Below are positions 52,949 to 62,331 of a stretch of 64,000 nucleotides of DNA, piece by piece (position 1 is the stretch's first letter; the number at the start of each line of letters is the position of its first letter). Under the pieces are notes generated by a model that worked only from the letters and a program-made list of their open reading frames with translations, did no database searches and was not told the origin of the DNA. Location of the stretch: NCBI GenBank assembly GCA_900551365.1, contig URVZ01000001.1, positions 17,393-81,392 of the forward strand. Reading direction: 5' to 3'. The position numbers and the translations under genes are program-made. This DNA is from an uncultured Collinsella sp. (GTDB taxonomy: Bacteria > Actinomycetota > Coriobacteriia > Coriobacteriales > Coriobacteriaceae).

Positions 52949-53671
52949 TTGTCCGACATCCGATATAAACGCGTGCTTCTTAAGCTTTCCGGCGAAGCAC
53001 TGATGGGCGACGGCCAATATGGCATCGACCCCAAGGTTACCGACCATCTTGCCAAGCAGGTCAAGGAGCTGCTAGCCGTTGGCCATGAGGTCGGCGTCGT
53101 TGTCGGCGGCGGCAATATTTTCCGCGGCATGGCCGGCGCTGCCGGTGGCATGGAGCGTGCTCAGGCCGACTACATGGGCATGCTGGCTACCGTTATGAAC
53201 GCGCTCGCCCTGCAGGATGCCTTCGAGCACAACGATGTTCCCTGCCGCGTGATGAGCGCTATCCAGATGAACGAGATCTGCGAGCCCTATATTCGCCGTC
53301 GCGCCATCAACCACCTTTCCAAGGGCAACGTCGTTATTTTTGCCGCCGGTTCGGGCAATCCGTACTTTACGACCGACACCGCCGCGGCTCTTCGTGCGTG
53401 CGAGATCGGCGCCGAGATTCTGATTAAAGCCACCAAGGTTGACGGCATCTACGACAAAGATCCCGTCAAGTGCGCCGACGCCGTCCGTTTTGACAAGATT
53501 ACCTATCACGAGGTTCTCGTCCGCGGTCTGCAGGTTATGGATTCCACGGCTACGGCACTGTGCCAGGACAACCGTATGCCGATTTTGGTCCTCAACATCG
53601 ATGGCGAGGACACCGTCAAGCGTGCGCTTTCGGGTGAGCCCGTCGGCACGCTCGTCTATCAGGAGGATTAA
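52949..53671 (+). CDS. pyrH: UMP kinase
   Basis: '[11 protein letters not shown]', 'GGGNIFRG' and 'PYFTTD' motifs. Confidence 0.97.
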   Translation: MSDIRYKRVLLKLSGEALMGDGQYGIDPKVTDHLAKQVKELLAVGHEVGVVVGGGNIFRGMAGAAGGMERAQADYMGMLATVMNALALQDAFEHNDVPCRVMSAIQMNEICEPYIRRRAINHLSKGNVVIFAAGSGNPYFTTDTAAALRACEIGAEILIKATKVDGIYDKDPVKCADAVRFDKITYHEVLVRGLQVMDSTATALCQDNRMPILVLNIDGEDTVKRALSGEPVGTLVYQED

Positions 53672-53673
53672 GC

Positions 53674-54210
53674 ATGGCAGAGAACATCACCGCCCATATG
53701 GACAAGTCGCTCGAGTCCCTCAAGCATAACTTCTCCAAGGTTCGTACCGGCCGCGCCAATGCCAACATTCTGTCCGACATCACCGTCGATTATTACGGTG
53801 TTCCCACGCCGGTCACGCAGGTTGCCGCCGTCAAGACCCCCGAGGCCCACATGCTGCTCATCGAGCCGTGGGACAAGGCACTCATCAATGCTATCGTCAA
53901 GGCTATCGGCGCTTCCGATCTGGGTATTACCCCCAACTCCGATGGCACCGTCGTTCGTCTTCCGTTCCCGGCTCCCACTGAGGAGCGCCGTCGCGAGCTC
54001 GTCAAGGAGTGCCGCGAGTACGCCGAGCAGGCCAAGGTGTCTATCCGTAACATCCGTCGCGACTTCAACAACAAGCTCGAGCGCGATGAGGAGCTCACCG
54101 AGGACGATGTCCGTCGCGAGCAGGCCAAGGTCCAGAAGCACACCGATGAGTATGTCGCCAAGGTCGAGGAGCTTTTGAAGGAAAAAGAAGCCGAGGTCAT
54201 GGAGATCTAA
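53674..54210 (+). CDS. frr: Ribosome recycling factor
   Basis: 'VRTGRAN', 'TEERRRELVK' and 'IRNIRRD' motifs. Confidence 0.97.
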   Translation: MAENITAHMDKSLESLKHNFSKVRTGRANANILSDITVDYYGVPTPVTQVAAVKTPEAHMLLIEPWDKALINAIVKAIGASDLGITPNSDGTVVRLPFPAPTEERRRELVKECREYAEQAKVSIRNIRRDFNNKLERDEELTEDDVRREQAKVQKHTDEYVAKVEELLKEKEAEVMEI

Positions 54211-54211
54211 G

Positions 54212-55006
54212 GTGCAATACGACGAGCATAAACTGGTCGAGTACTTTGCCGACGCCCCTGCGGGCGTCGGTTTTTCCGACCTTGACCTCAATAACATTCC
54301 GCACCATATCTCGTGCATCATGGACGGCAACGGTCGTTGGGCCACGTCGCGCGGTCTTGCACGCACTGAGGGCCACAAGGCGGGTATCGTCTCGCTGCGC
54401 GAGATCATTACCGCCTGCGTGCGCCTGGGCGTCGACGTGCTTTCGGCCTATGCGTTTTCTACCGAAAACTGGAACCGCCCGCAGCATGAGGTCAACGTCT
54501 TGATGCACTTGTTTGCCAAGACGTTCATCGACGAGTTGCCGCTTCTGAAGCGCGAAAACGTGCGCGTTGTCTTTTTGGGTGATATTTCCGCGCTGCCCAA
54601 GAAGACCCGCGACGTTTTTGAACGCGGTCTTGCCGAGTGCGCCGATCACACCGGTATGACGCTGGCGCTTGCCGTCAACTACGGCGCGCGTGCCGAGATT
54701 ACCCGCGCTGTCCGTCAGATCGCGCTCGACGTTGCCGCCGGTAAGATTGATCCTGCCGCAATTGATGACGACATGGTGGCTTCCCACCTCTATACCGCCG
54801 GCCTTCCCGATCCTGAGCTTGTGATTCGCACCTCTGGTGAGCTGCGCCTTTCGAACTATCTGCTGTGGCAGGTGGCTTATTCCGAGTTCTATGTCACCGA
54901 TACCTATTGGCCCGACTTTGATCGTTGGGGCCTTGTCGACGCCATTTTGGCCTATCAGGGCCGTGACCGTAGGTTTGGTGGACTGAGCAAGACCGAGGAG
55001 GCTTAA
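54212..55006 (+). CDS. uppS: Undecaprenyl diphosphate synthase
   Basis: 'IMDGNGRWA', 'FSTENW' and 'RTSGELRLSNYLLWQ' motifs. Confidence 0.96.
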   Translation: MQYDEHKLVEYFADAPAGVGFSDLDLNNIPHHISCIMDGNGRWATSRGLARTEGHKAGIVSLREIITACVRLGVDVLSAYAFSTENWNRPQHEVNVLMHLFAKTFIDELPLLKRENVRVVFLGDISALPKKTRDVFERGLAECADHTGMTLALAVNYGARAEITRAVRQIALDVAAGKIDPAAIDDDMVASHLYTAGLPDPELVIRTSGELRLSNYLLWQVAYSEFYVTDTYWPDFDRWGLVDAILAYQGRDRRFGGLSKTEEA

Positions 55007-55008
55007 TC

Positions 55009-55908
55009 GTGTCCGATCGTCCCAAGGCATCTGCTCCCAAGACGCCTGCGCGCAAAGCTACCGCTGCGGGAGCGCCTACAGCGAAGAGCGGCACCGGTTC
55101 GTGGCTGGCGGGCTTTATTACCCGTGCCGCCGCGGGTATCGTCTACGCCGTTGTCTTTATCCTGTGTCTGGTTTTGGGTATCGTGCCCACTGCCATCTTT
55201 GTTTCCGTCATGAGCGGTCTGTGCTGCTATGAGTTTTTCCGTATGACAAGGCTCGATGGCAAGATGGCTAACGAGCGCATGGGCATCGCTGCCGCCGTGC
55301 TCTTTCCGCTGTCGGCGCTGGGCGATTCGATGCTGCTGAATGCCCTGCTTTTTGCCCTGATGCTCGCTGTGGGCATTTGGTATGTCTGGTCGCCGCGTAC
55401 CCGCATCTCTGATGTGGCCGTGACGCTCATGGGTCCCATCTACACTGGCTTTATGCTGTCGGCTATCGTGCTGCTGCGCGATGCCGTGCCCGGTTTTGCC
55501 GGTGCCTTGCTTTCGGTGGGCGTTTGCGCGTCCCTTTGGGTCTCCGATTCGTTTGCCTACATCGTGGGCAGCCGTATCGGTAAGCACAAGATGGTTCCCA
55601 AGATCTCTCCCAAAAAGAGCTGGGAAGGGTTTGTCGGCGGCATCCTGGGCTCGGTTTTGATTTGGCTCATCCTGTGGGCGACGCACTTCTACAAGCTCAG
55701 CCTGCCCTATGCGCTGCTGTGCGGCGTGGTCGTGTCCGTCCTGGGCGTTATCGGCGACCTCATCGAGTCGCGTATCAAGCGTGGCGTGGGCGTCAAGGAT
55801 TCCGGCAACCTTATCCCGGGCCATGGCGGCATGCTCGACCGTAGCGATTCGCTTATCTTCGGTTGCATCACCGCGCAGCTGATGCTGATGATCGGAGGCG
55901 TGCTGTAA
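55009..55908 (+). CDS. cdsA: Phosphatidate cytidylyltransferase
   Basis: 'ISPKKSWEG' and 'KDSGNLIPGHGGMLDR' motifs. Confidence 0.95.
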   Translation: MSDRPKASAPKTPARKATAAGAPTAKSGTGSWLAGFITRAAAGIVYAVVFILCLVLGIVPTAIFVSVMSGLCCYEFFRMTRLDGKMANERMGIAAAVLFPLSALGDSMLLNALLFALMLAVGIWYVWSPRTRISDVAVTLMGPIYTGFMLSAIVLLRDAVPGFAGALLSVGVCASLWVSDSFAYIVGSRIGKHKMVPKISPKKSWEGFVGGILGSVLIWLILWATHFYKLSLPYALLCGVVVSVLGVIGDLIESRIKRGVGVKDSGNLIPGHGGMLDRSDSLIFGCITAQLMLMIGGVL

Positions 55909-57095
55909 TGTCCTTCCAGACGACGTATGGCCCCGATGGACGCCTCCGTGTTGCCATCCTGGGCTGTACGGGCTCTATCGGCACCCAGGCACTCGATGTG
56001 TGCCGTCAGCATGCCGATCGCCTGCAGGTGACGGCGCTGTCCGTTAACTCCAGTACCTCCGAGCTCGTTGCCGCTGCCCGCGAGTTCTCGGTTCCGGCGG
56101 TTGCCGTGGCCGATGTCGCTCATGGCGATGACGCCGTGCTGCAGGAGTTGCCCGAGGGAACGAAGCTCGGCGTTGGCGCGCAGGCGGTTTGCGAGCTCGC
56201 GCGTCGCGACGATGTCGACTGCGTGCTCGTCGCTATTGTGGGCGCCGCCGGTCTCGAGGCGAGCCATGTGGCCTTGACCTCGAATAAGCGTCTTGCCCTT
56301 GCCAACAAGGAGTCCCTCGTCGTCGGCGGCGACTTGCTTATGCCGTTGGCGCAACCGGGCCAGCTTATTCCAGTCGACTCTGAGCACTCCGCCATCTACC
56401 AGTGCTATCTGGGGGAGAACCCACGCGAGGCTCATTGTATTTGGCTCACCTGCTCGGGCGGTCCGTTCTTTGGCCGCACCCGCGACGAGCTCAATCGCGT
56501 GACGCGTGCCGATGCCCTCGCACATCCCACGTGGGCCATGGGTGCCAAGATCACCATCGACTCCGCCACCCTCATGAACAAGGGCCTGGAGCGCATTGAG
56601 GCCATGCATCTGTTTAACTGCGACCTCGATTTCATTAACGTGGTCGTGCAGCGTCAGTCCAAGATTCACTCTATGGTCGAGTTCGCCGACGGCTCCGTGA
56701 TGGCGCATCTCGGTGCTTCCGACATGCGTATTCCCATCCAGTTCGCGTTCTCGTATCCCGAGCGTTGGGATACCCCGGCGCCTCGTATCGATTTCCGCGA
56801 GCTGGGGCAGCTCACGTTTGATGCTGCCGACATGGATACCTTCCGCTGTCTGGCACTGGCCGAACGTGCCGGCAAGACGGGTGGCACCATGCCGTGCGTG
56901 CTCAATGCCGCCAACGAGGTCGCCGTCGATGCCTTCCTGCACGATGGCTGCAGCTTTACCGATATCGATCGCATTGTGGAATCCTGCATGGATGCCCACG
57001 ATATGCAGGCGGTCGATTCGTTTGAGCAGCTTCGCGACATCGATGCATGGGCGCGTGAAAAGGCTGCGCAGGTGCTCGCCGCAACCCGTTCCTAA
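55908..57095 (+). CDS. dxr: 1-deoxy-D-xylulose-5-phosphate reductoisomerase
   Basis: 'LGCTGSIG', 'LANKE', 'PVDSEH' and 'KITIDSAT' motifs. Confidence 0.96.
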   Translation: MSFQTTYGPDGRLRVAILGCTGSIGTQALDVCRQHADRLQVTALSVNSSTSELVAAAREFSVPAVAVADVAHGDDAVLQELPEGTKLGVGAQAVCELARRDDVDCVLVAIVGAAGLEASHVALTSNKRLALANKESLVVGGDLLMPLAQPGQLIPVDSEHSAIYQCYLGENPREAHCIWLTCSGGPFFGRTRDELNRVTRADALAHPTWAMGAKITIDSATLMNKGLERIEAMHLFNCDLDFINVVVQRQSKIHSMVEFADGSVMAHLGASDMRIPIQFAFSYPERWDTPAPRIDFRELGQLTFDAADMDTFRCLALAERAGKTGGTMPCVLNAANEVAVDAFLHDGCSFTDIDRIVESCMDAHDMQAVDSFEQLRDIDAWAREKAAQVLAATRS

Positions 57096-57120
57096 CCCAT
57101 AAGGATTGCTTTTTCGTTTT

Positions 57121-58482
57121 ATGGATACTGTTCCGAGCGTTCTCTCATCGGTCTTTTGGGGCCTGCTGATGCTTTCCGTCCTTGTGTTTTTGCACGAGGG
57201 CGGCCACTTTTTGGCGGCGCGTGCCTGCGGCGTCCGTGTGACCGAGTTCTTTTTGGGCCTGCCGTGTCGCTTTGACATCCATCACACGTCACGTCGCATT
57301 GGAACCAAGTTTGGCGTGACCCCGCTGCTGCTGGGTGGCTACGCTGCCATCTGCGGTATGGATCCGACCGACGTCTCGTGCGCTGATCGCGTGCTCGCGG
57401 CTATCTATCGTCATGGTCGCGTGACCGTGGCCGACCTTGCCGCCGAGCTCGAGCTATCCGAGGAGGTTGTGCTCGAGGCATGCGCCTTGCTCTTGGGTTG
57501 GGGCTCTATCGCGCCTTGGTATGAGGAAGGGGAGAAGCCCTCGCCGAGCTACTATCCCACCAAGTATCAGACGCTGCCACGAGATGCGGCGGGTTACACC
57601 ACCTTTGACGGCCGCCGTTTCGATCGAGAGCATGCGACTACCGAGGGCGATGTTTGGGAGCTGCCGTGCGGCGAGGCCGAGTTTCTTGCACAAGAGCGTT
57701 CGCACACCTATCTTGGCCAGGGCTTTCTCAAGCGCGCCTTTATGCTGCTCGCGGGCATTCTCGTCAATATCCTGACGGGCTTTTTGCTGCTTATGAGCAT
57801 CTACTCTATTGTGGGTGTCACCGTGCCGATGGATACCAACGTGATCGGTCAGGTTGACGAGGGGTCTATTGCCGCCAAGGCGGGTATCGAGGGCGGCGAC
57901 GCGATCCTTTCGGTTGACGGAGTATCGTGCTCTACCTGGATGGACGTTTACGATGCCATCGGCAAGACCGCCGGTAAGGACGATATCGCCATTGAGTATG
58001 AGCGCGACGGCAAGCAGCATTCGACCTCGGTTGCGCTCAAAGAGGACGAGCGCCTAGGTGTGTATGCCTCTACGCAGGTGGTTCGTTTAGACCCCATCAC
58101 GTCGGCTCGCCTTTCGTTCTCCTATGTCGTGCAGACAGCGGAGGGCGTGATGCGCCTGCTCCAGCCGCAGCATACGATGGAGATTCTCGATCAGTCCTCG
58201 TCGATCGTGGGCATCAGCGTCATGTCCTCTCAGGCGGCTGCTGCCGGCCCCGTAACGTTCTTGTCGTTTGCCGCGCTCATTTCGTTCTCGCTGGGTTTTA
58301 TGAACTTGCTGCCCATCCCCCCGCTCGACGGGGGAAAGCTGGTTATCGAGATCATCCAAATGGTCGCCGGTCGCGAGCTGCCACTCAAGGTGCAGACAAT
58401 CGTCAGCTATGTCGGCATCGCGCTCTTTGCGCTGCTGTTTGTTTATATGCTTCGTTCCGACGTCCTTCGATTTATTTTGTAG
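57121..58482 (+). CDS. rseP: RIP metalloprotease RseP (M50) with PDZ domain and an unusual insertion
   Basis: HExGH, PDZ-like segment and 'NLLPIPPLDGG' motif; located between dxr and ispG. Confidence 0.9.
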   Translation: MDTVPSVLSSVFWGLLMLSVLVFLHEGGHFLAARACGVRVTEFFLGLPCRFDIHHTSRRIGTKFGVTPLLLGGYAAICGMDPTDVSCADRVLAAIYRHGRVTVADLAAELELSEEVVLEACALLLGWGSIAPWYEEGEKPSPSYYPTKYQTLPRDAAGYTTFDGRRFDREHATTEGDVWELPCGEAEFLAQERSHTYLGQGFLKRAFMLLAGILVNILTGFLLLMSIYSIVGVTVPMDTNVIGQVDEGSIAAKAGIEGGDAILSVDGVSCSTWMDVYDAIGKTAGKDDIAIEYERDGKQHSTSVALKEDERLGVYASTQVVRLDPITSARLSFSYVVQTAEGVMRLLQPQHTMEILDQSSSIVGISVMSSQAAAAGPVTFLSFAALISFSLGFMNLLPIPPLDGGKLVIEIIQMVAGRELPLKVQTIVSYVGIALFALLFVYMLRSDVLRFIL

Positions 58483-58495
58483 GGGAGTGTTTGGA

Positions 58496-59578
58496 TTGTC
58501 TTTATCCCATCCTTTGCCGCGCGAGCTGACGCGCCCCGTATATGTGGGCGGCGTGCAGATCGGTGGTGGCGCGCCGGTGGTGGTTCAGTCCATGACCTGC
58601 ACCGATACCGCCGACGCCCAGGCAACGCTTGCGCAAGTGCGTGCGCTTGCCCAGGCGGGTTGCGATGTTGTGCGCGTGAGCGTGCCTACCGAGGCTGCGC
58701 TCGAGGGCTTTCACACGATTTGTGCCGAGTCTCCGGTGCCAATCGTCGCCGATATCCACTTTAACCATAAGCTTGCCATCGGCGCTGTCGAGGCTGGTGC
58801 CGCCAAGCTTCGCATCAATCCCGGCAATATCGGCGATTGGGCTAAGGTCGATGCCGTGATCGATGCCGCGGGCGCCGCTGGGTGCGCGATTCGTATCGGC
58901 GTCAATGCCGGTTCGCTCGAGCAGGATATCGCCGAGCGCGACGACCTCACGCAGCCCGAAAAGCTCGTGATGTCGAGCGAGCGCTTCGTCAAGCACTTTG
59001 AGGACCGTGGTTTTACGAACATTGTGCTTTCGGCCAAGGCCCATAGCGTGCAAACGACGCTTGATACCTATCGAGCCCTGTCGCGTGAGATTCCCCACGT
59101 TCCGCTTCACCTGGGCGTGACGGAGGCGGGGACCAAGCTCCAGGGCACCATCAAGAGCTCTGTAGGCTTGGGTATCTTGCTTTCCGAAGGCATTGGCGAC
59201 ACCATGCGTGTGTCGCTCACAGCCGATCCGGTTGAGGAGCCGCCGGTTGCCTGGGGTATTCTGCAGTCGTTGGGCCTGCGTCGCCGTGGCCCCGAGATTG
59301 TCTCGTGCCCCACATGCGCCCGCTGCCAGGTTAACCTTATTCCCATTGCCGAGGAGGTTACCGAGCGGCTTAAGAACTACTCCGCGCCGCTTTCGATCGC
59401 TGTGATGGGATGTGCCGTTAATGGCCCCGGCGAGGCTTCTGATGCCGATCTGGGCGTTGCTTGCGGACGTGGTCAGGCCTTGCTCTTTTCGCATGGCCAG
59501 ATCATTGGTAAAGTAGCTGAGAACCAAATTGTCGACGCGCTTATGGCCGAGGTCGACAAGCTTATTGAGGAGAAATAA
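58496..59578 (+). CDS. ispG: HMBPP synthase
   Basis: 'VQSMT', 'RINPGN', 'SCPTCAR' and 'MGCAVNGPGE' motifs. Confidence 0.96.
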   Translation: MSLSHPLPRELTRPVYVGGVQIGGGAPVVVQSMTCTDTADAQATLAQVRALAQAGCDVVRVSVPTEAALEGFHTICAESPVPIVADIHFNHKLAIGAVEAGAAKLRINPGNIGDWAKVDAVIDAAGAAGCAIRIGVNAGSLEQDIAERDDLTQPEKLVMSSERFVKHFEDRGFTNIVLSAKAHSVQTTLDTYRALSREIPHVPLHLGVTEAGTKLQGTIKSSVGLGILLSEGIGDTMRVSLTADPVEEPPVAWGILQSLGLRRRGPEIVSCPTCARCQVNLIPIAEEVTERLKNYSAPLSIAVMGCAVNGPGEASDADLGVACGRGQALLFSHGQIIGKVAENQIVDALMAEVDKLIEEK

Positions 59579-61300
59579 ATGACCCGAGCAATGTATATGT
59601 CTAAGCTTTATGCGCCGACGCTTAAAGAGGATCCGGCGGACGCTGAGCTCGCCAGCCACCGTCTGCTGCTCCGTGCCGGCATGATCCGCAAGGAGGCCGC
59701 CGGTCTATATTCCTACCTGCCGCTTGCTTGGCGCTCGATTCGCAAGATCGAGAACATCGTGCGCGACGAGATGGACGCTGCTGGCGCCCAGGAGCTTATG
59801 ATGCCTATCATGGTCGATGCCGAGTTGTGGCGTGAGTCCGGCCGCATCGACGCCTATGGCAAGGAGCTTGTGCGCTTTGACGACCGTCATGGTCGCGAGT
59901 TCGTCCTGGGTCCCACCCACGAGGAGACCGTCACGGCCCTGGTGCGCAATGAGCTGCGCTCCTACAAACAGCTGCCCGTCAACCTGTACCACATTCAGGA
60001 CAAGTTCCGCGACGAGTTCCGTCCCCGCTTTGGCCTGATGCGCGGTCGCGAGTTCATCATGAAGGACGCCTACAGCTTCTCCGCCACGCAGGAGAGCCTG
60101 CAGGAGGAGTACGACAAGATGAAGCAGGCCTACGCTAACATCTGCGAGCGCTGCTACATCAAGGCTCTGCCCGTTGTCGCCGACTCCGGCGAGATCGGCG
60201 GCGACACTTCCGTCGAGTACATGGCTCTTGCCGACGCCGGCGAGGCTTCGCTCGTCTACTGCGACGATTGCGGTTTTGCTGCCGATGACGAGGCTGCAAG
60301 CACCAAGGTCGTTGTGACCGAGGGCCCCGGCGATGGCACGCTCACCAAGGTCGAGACTCCGGGTATGGGCACCATCGAGGCCGTTGCCAAGTTCTTCGGC
60401 TTCCCCGAGAACGGCACGCGCAAGTCGCTGGCACTCATCGACTCCGAGGGCAAGCCGGTCGTGGCCATTGTCCCGGGCGACCACGAGCTCAATGACTGCA
60501 AGGCCGAGCATGTCTTTGGCAAGGGCTACCGCATGATGACCGACGAGGAGCTTCAAGCGAACGGCCTGCACAAGGGCTTTATCGGACCGGTCAACCTGCC
60601 CGAGGGCATCCGTCTGGTGTGCGACGAGAGCCTGCGCGATTCCAAGCAGTGGGCCTGCGGTGCCAACGAGGTCGATTATCACTTTACCGGTGCCTGCCCC
60701 GAGCGCGACTTTACCGTCGATGAGTGGGCCGATCTGGTCACCGTTGTCGCCGGCGACCCCTGCCCGCACTGCGGCAAGCCGCTCTCCGCTGCCCGCGGCA
60801 TCGAGGTCTCTCAGGTCTTCCAGCTGGGCACCAAGTATTCCGAGGCCATGGGTGCCACCTTTATGGATGAGGATGGCAAGGAGAAGCCGCTCATCATGGG
60901 CTGCTACGGCGTTGGTGTGTCCCGCTCGCTCGCTGCCGTCGTGGAGCAACACAACGACGAGCACGGTATCGTCTGGCCGGTCTCCGTTGCCCCGTACGAG
61001 GTCGCGGTGATTCCGCTCGATCCCAAGAAGGAGGAGTGCGCTACCGTCTGCGAGCAGATCGTTGATGGCCTGTGCGCCGAGGGTATCGAGGTTGTCGTCG
61101 ACGACCGCGACGAGCGTCCCGGCTTTAAGTTTGCCGACAACGACCTTATGGGCTTCCCGTATCAGGTCGTTCTGGGTAAGCGTGGCCTTAAGGATGGCAC
61201 CGTTGAGCTCAAGGACCGTGCCACGGGTGAGCGCGAGGATGTGGCGATCGACGAGGTCGTCGCCAAGGTCGCCGAGCTTGTGAAGGCAGCACGCCGTTAA
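59579..61300 (+). CDS. proS: Proline-tRNA ligase
   Basis: 'LGPTHEE', 'FRDEFRPRFGLMRGREF', editing domain and 'MGCYGVG' motif. Confidence 0.97.
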   Translation: MTRAMYMSKLYAPTLKEDPADAELASHRLLLRAGMIRKEAAGLYSYLPLAWRSIRKIENIVRDEMDAAGAQELMMPIMVDAELWRESGRIDAYGKELVRFDDRHGREFVLGPTHEETVTALVRNELRSYKQLPVNLYHIQDKFRDEFRPRFGLMRGREFIMKDAYSFSATQESLQEEYDKMKQAYANICERCYIKALPVVADSGEIGGDTSVEYMALADAGEASLVYCDDCGFAADDEAASTKVVVTEGPGDGTLTKVETPGMGTIEAVAKFFGFPENGTRKSLALIDSEGKPVVAIVPGDHELNDCKAEHVFGKGYRMMTDEELQANGLHKGFIGPVNLPEGIRLVCDESLRDSKQWACGANEVDYHFTGACPERDFTVDEWADLVTVVAGDPCPHCGKPLSAARGIEVSQVFQLGTKYSEAMGATFMDEDGKEKPLIMGCYGVGVSRSLAAVVEQHNDEHGIVWPVSVAPYEVAVIPLDPKKEECATVCEQIVDGLCAEGIEVVVDDRDERPGFKFADNDLMGFPYQVVLGKRGLKDGTVELKDRATGEREDVAIDEVVAKVAELVKAARR

Positions 61301-61334
61301 TCGACGATTTCGCTTGTAGTTCGATATACGGGAC

Positions 61335-61445
61335 GGCCCCGCATTTCTCCAGATCGGGGAGATGCGGGGCCCTCCTTTTATCTTGTGGCATCCTCGATAT
61401 CTAAAAGGAAAACCCACAGCCCATGCGAGCTGCGGGGTTTTCCTT
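61335..61445. terminator. Two hairpins between convergent proS and kinase genes
   Basis: GGCCCCGCAT...ATGCGGGGCC followed by CTTTT, and AAGGAAAACCC...GGGTTTTCCTT. Confidence 0.7.
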
Positions 61446-61477
61446 GTGCCTCCGATGCGAAATGAATCGCTCAGATA

Positions 61478-62242
61478 TTACTGATAATCGACGACGTCGA
61501 TCCAGTTCTTCAGGAACTCATCGTTCACGTTGCGCTTGCGAGCGAGCTCGGAAGCGGCGACGATGCTCGTCCACTGACGCACGACCTGCATGGGCATGTC
61601 GGCGCGGTCGCAGTAGAGCTCCAGGTAGGCCTCGGCCTGATCCTTGCTGTTGAGGGCAAAGAGCAAGTAGGTGGTGGCAACGTCGGCAGCAGGGGAGCCC
61701 TGGGTAGCGTGTGCCCAGTCGCACACATAGAGCTGGCCGTCGTCGCCGACGATGACGTTGGAGGGGTTGAAGTCGCCGTGGCAGACCTTGAACTCCTTGG
61801 TCATGCCGTCCAGACGCTCCTGAAGGTTGTAGCGCGTGGTGGCATTGAGCTGATCAAGGCTGTCGATCATGCGGGCGAACTTGTCGCGCTGACGGTTGAG
61901 CAGCGGGGAGGTGTAGTCGTGGATCTCGATCTGGAGGTCGACGAACATCTCGAGGTACTCACCAAAGCGCTGGGGCTCGGCAGTCATCTTCTCGGCAAGG
62001 GTGGTGCCCGGAACCTTCTCGGTCACGAGCGCCCAGCCGTTGGCGTTCTCGAGCTGGGAAACCTCGAGAGCCTTGGGGCTGCGGATGCCGCACTCATTGA
62101 TGCGGGCAAGATTCAAAGCCTCGTTGAACACGTCGGAGACAGGCTTGGTCTCGTTAAAGACCTTGACGATCTTGTCGCCCAGGTCGTAAACGACCTTGTT
62201 GCCACGGCGGACGAGCTCGGTCTTGGAATCGGGTAGCAGCAT
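61478..62242 (-). CDS. Aminoglycoside-phosphotransferase-like (APH/choline kinase) family protein
   Basis: 'CHGDFNPSNV' Brenner motif and 'CDW'. Confidence 0.85.
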   Translation of the reverse strand: MLLPDSKTELVRRGNKVVYDLGDKIVKVFNETKPVSDVFNEALNLARINECGIRSPKALEVSQLENANGWALVTEKVPGTTLAEKMTAEPQRFGEYLEMFVDLQIEIHDYTSPLLNRQRDKFARMIDSLDQLNATTRYNLQERLDGMTKEFKVCHGDFNPSNVIVGDDGQLYVCDWAHATQGSPAADVATTYLLFALNSKDQAEAYLELYCDRADMPMQVVRQWTSIVAASELARKRNVNDEFLKNWIDVVDYQ

Positions 62243-62275
62243 GGTTGCATCCTTTCAACGATGCGATAGAAGCGA

Positions 62276-62319
62276 CGGCGGGGGTGTGTGAAACACCCGT
62301 GCACCCCCGCCGCAAAAAA
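62276..62319 (-). terminator. Hairpin downstream of adhE
   Basis: CGGCGGGGGTG...CACCCCCGCCG inverted repeat with an adjacent A run. Confidence 0.55.
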
Positions 62320-62331
62320 CCGTGCTAAAAA

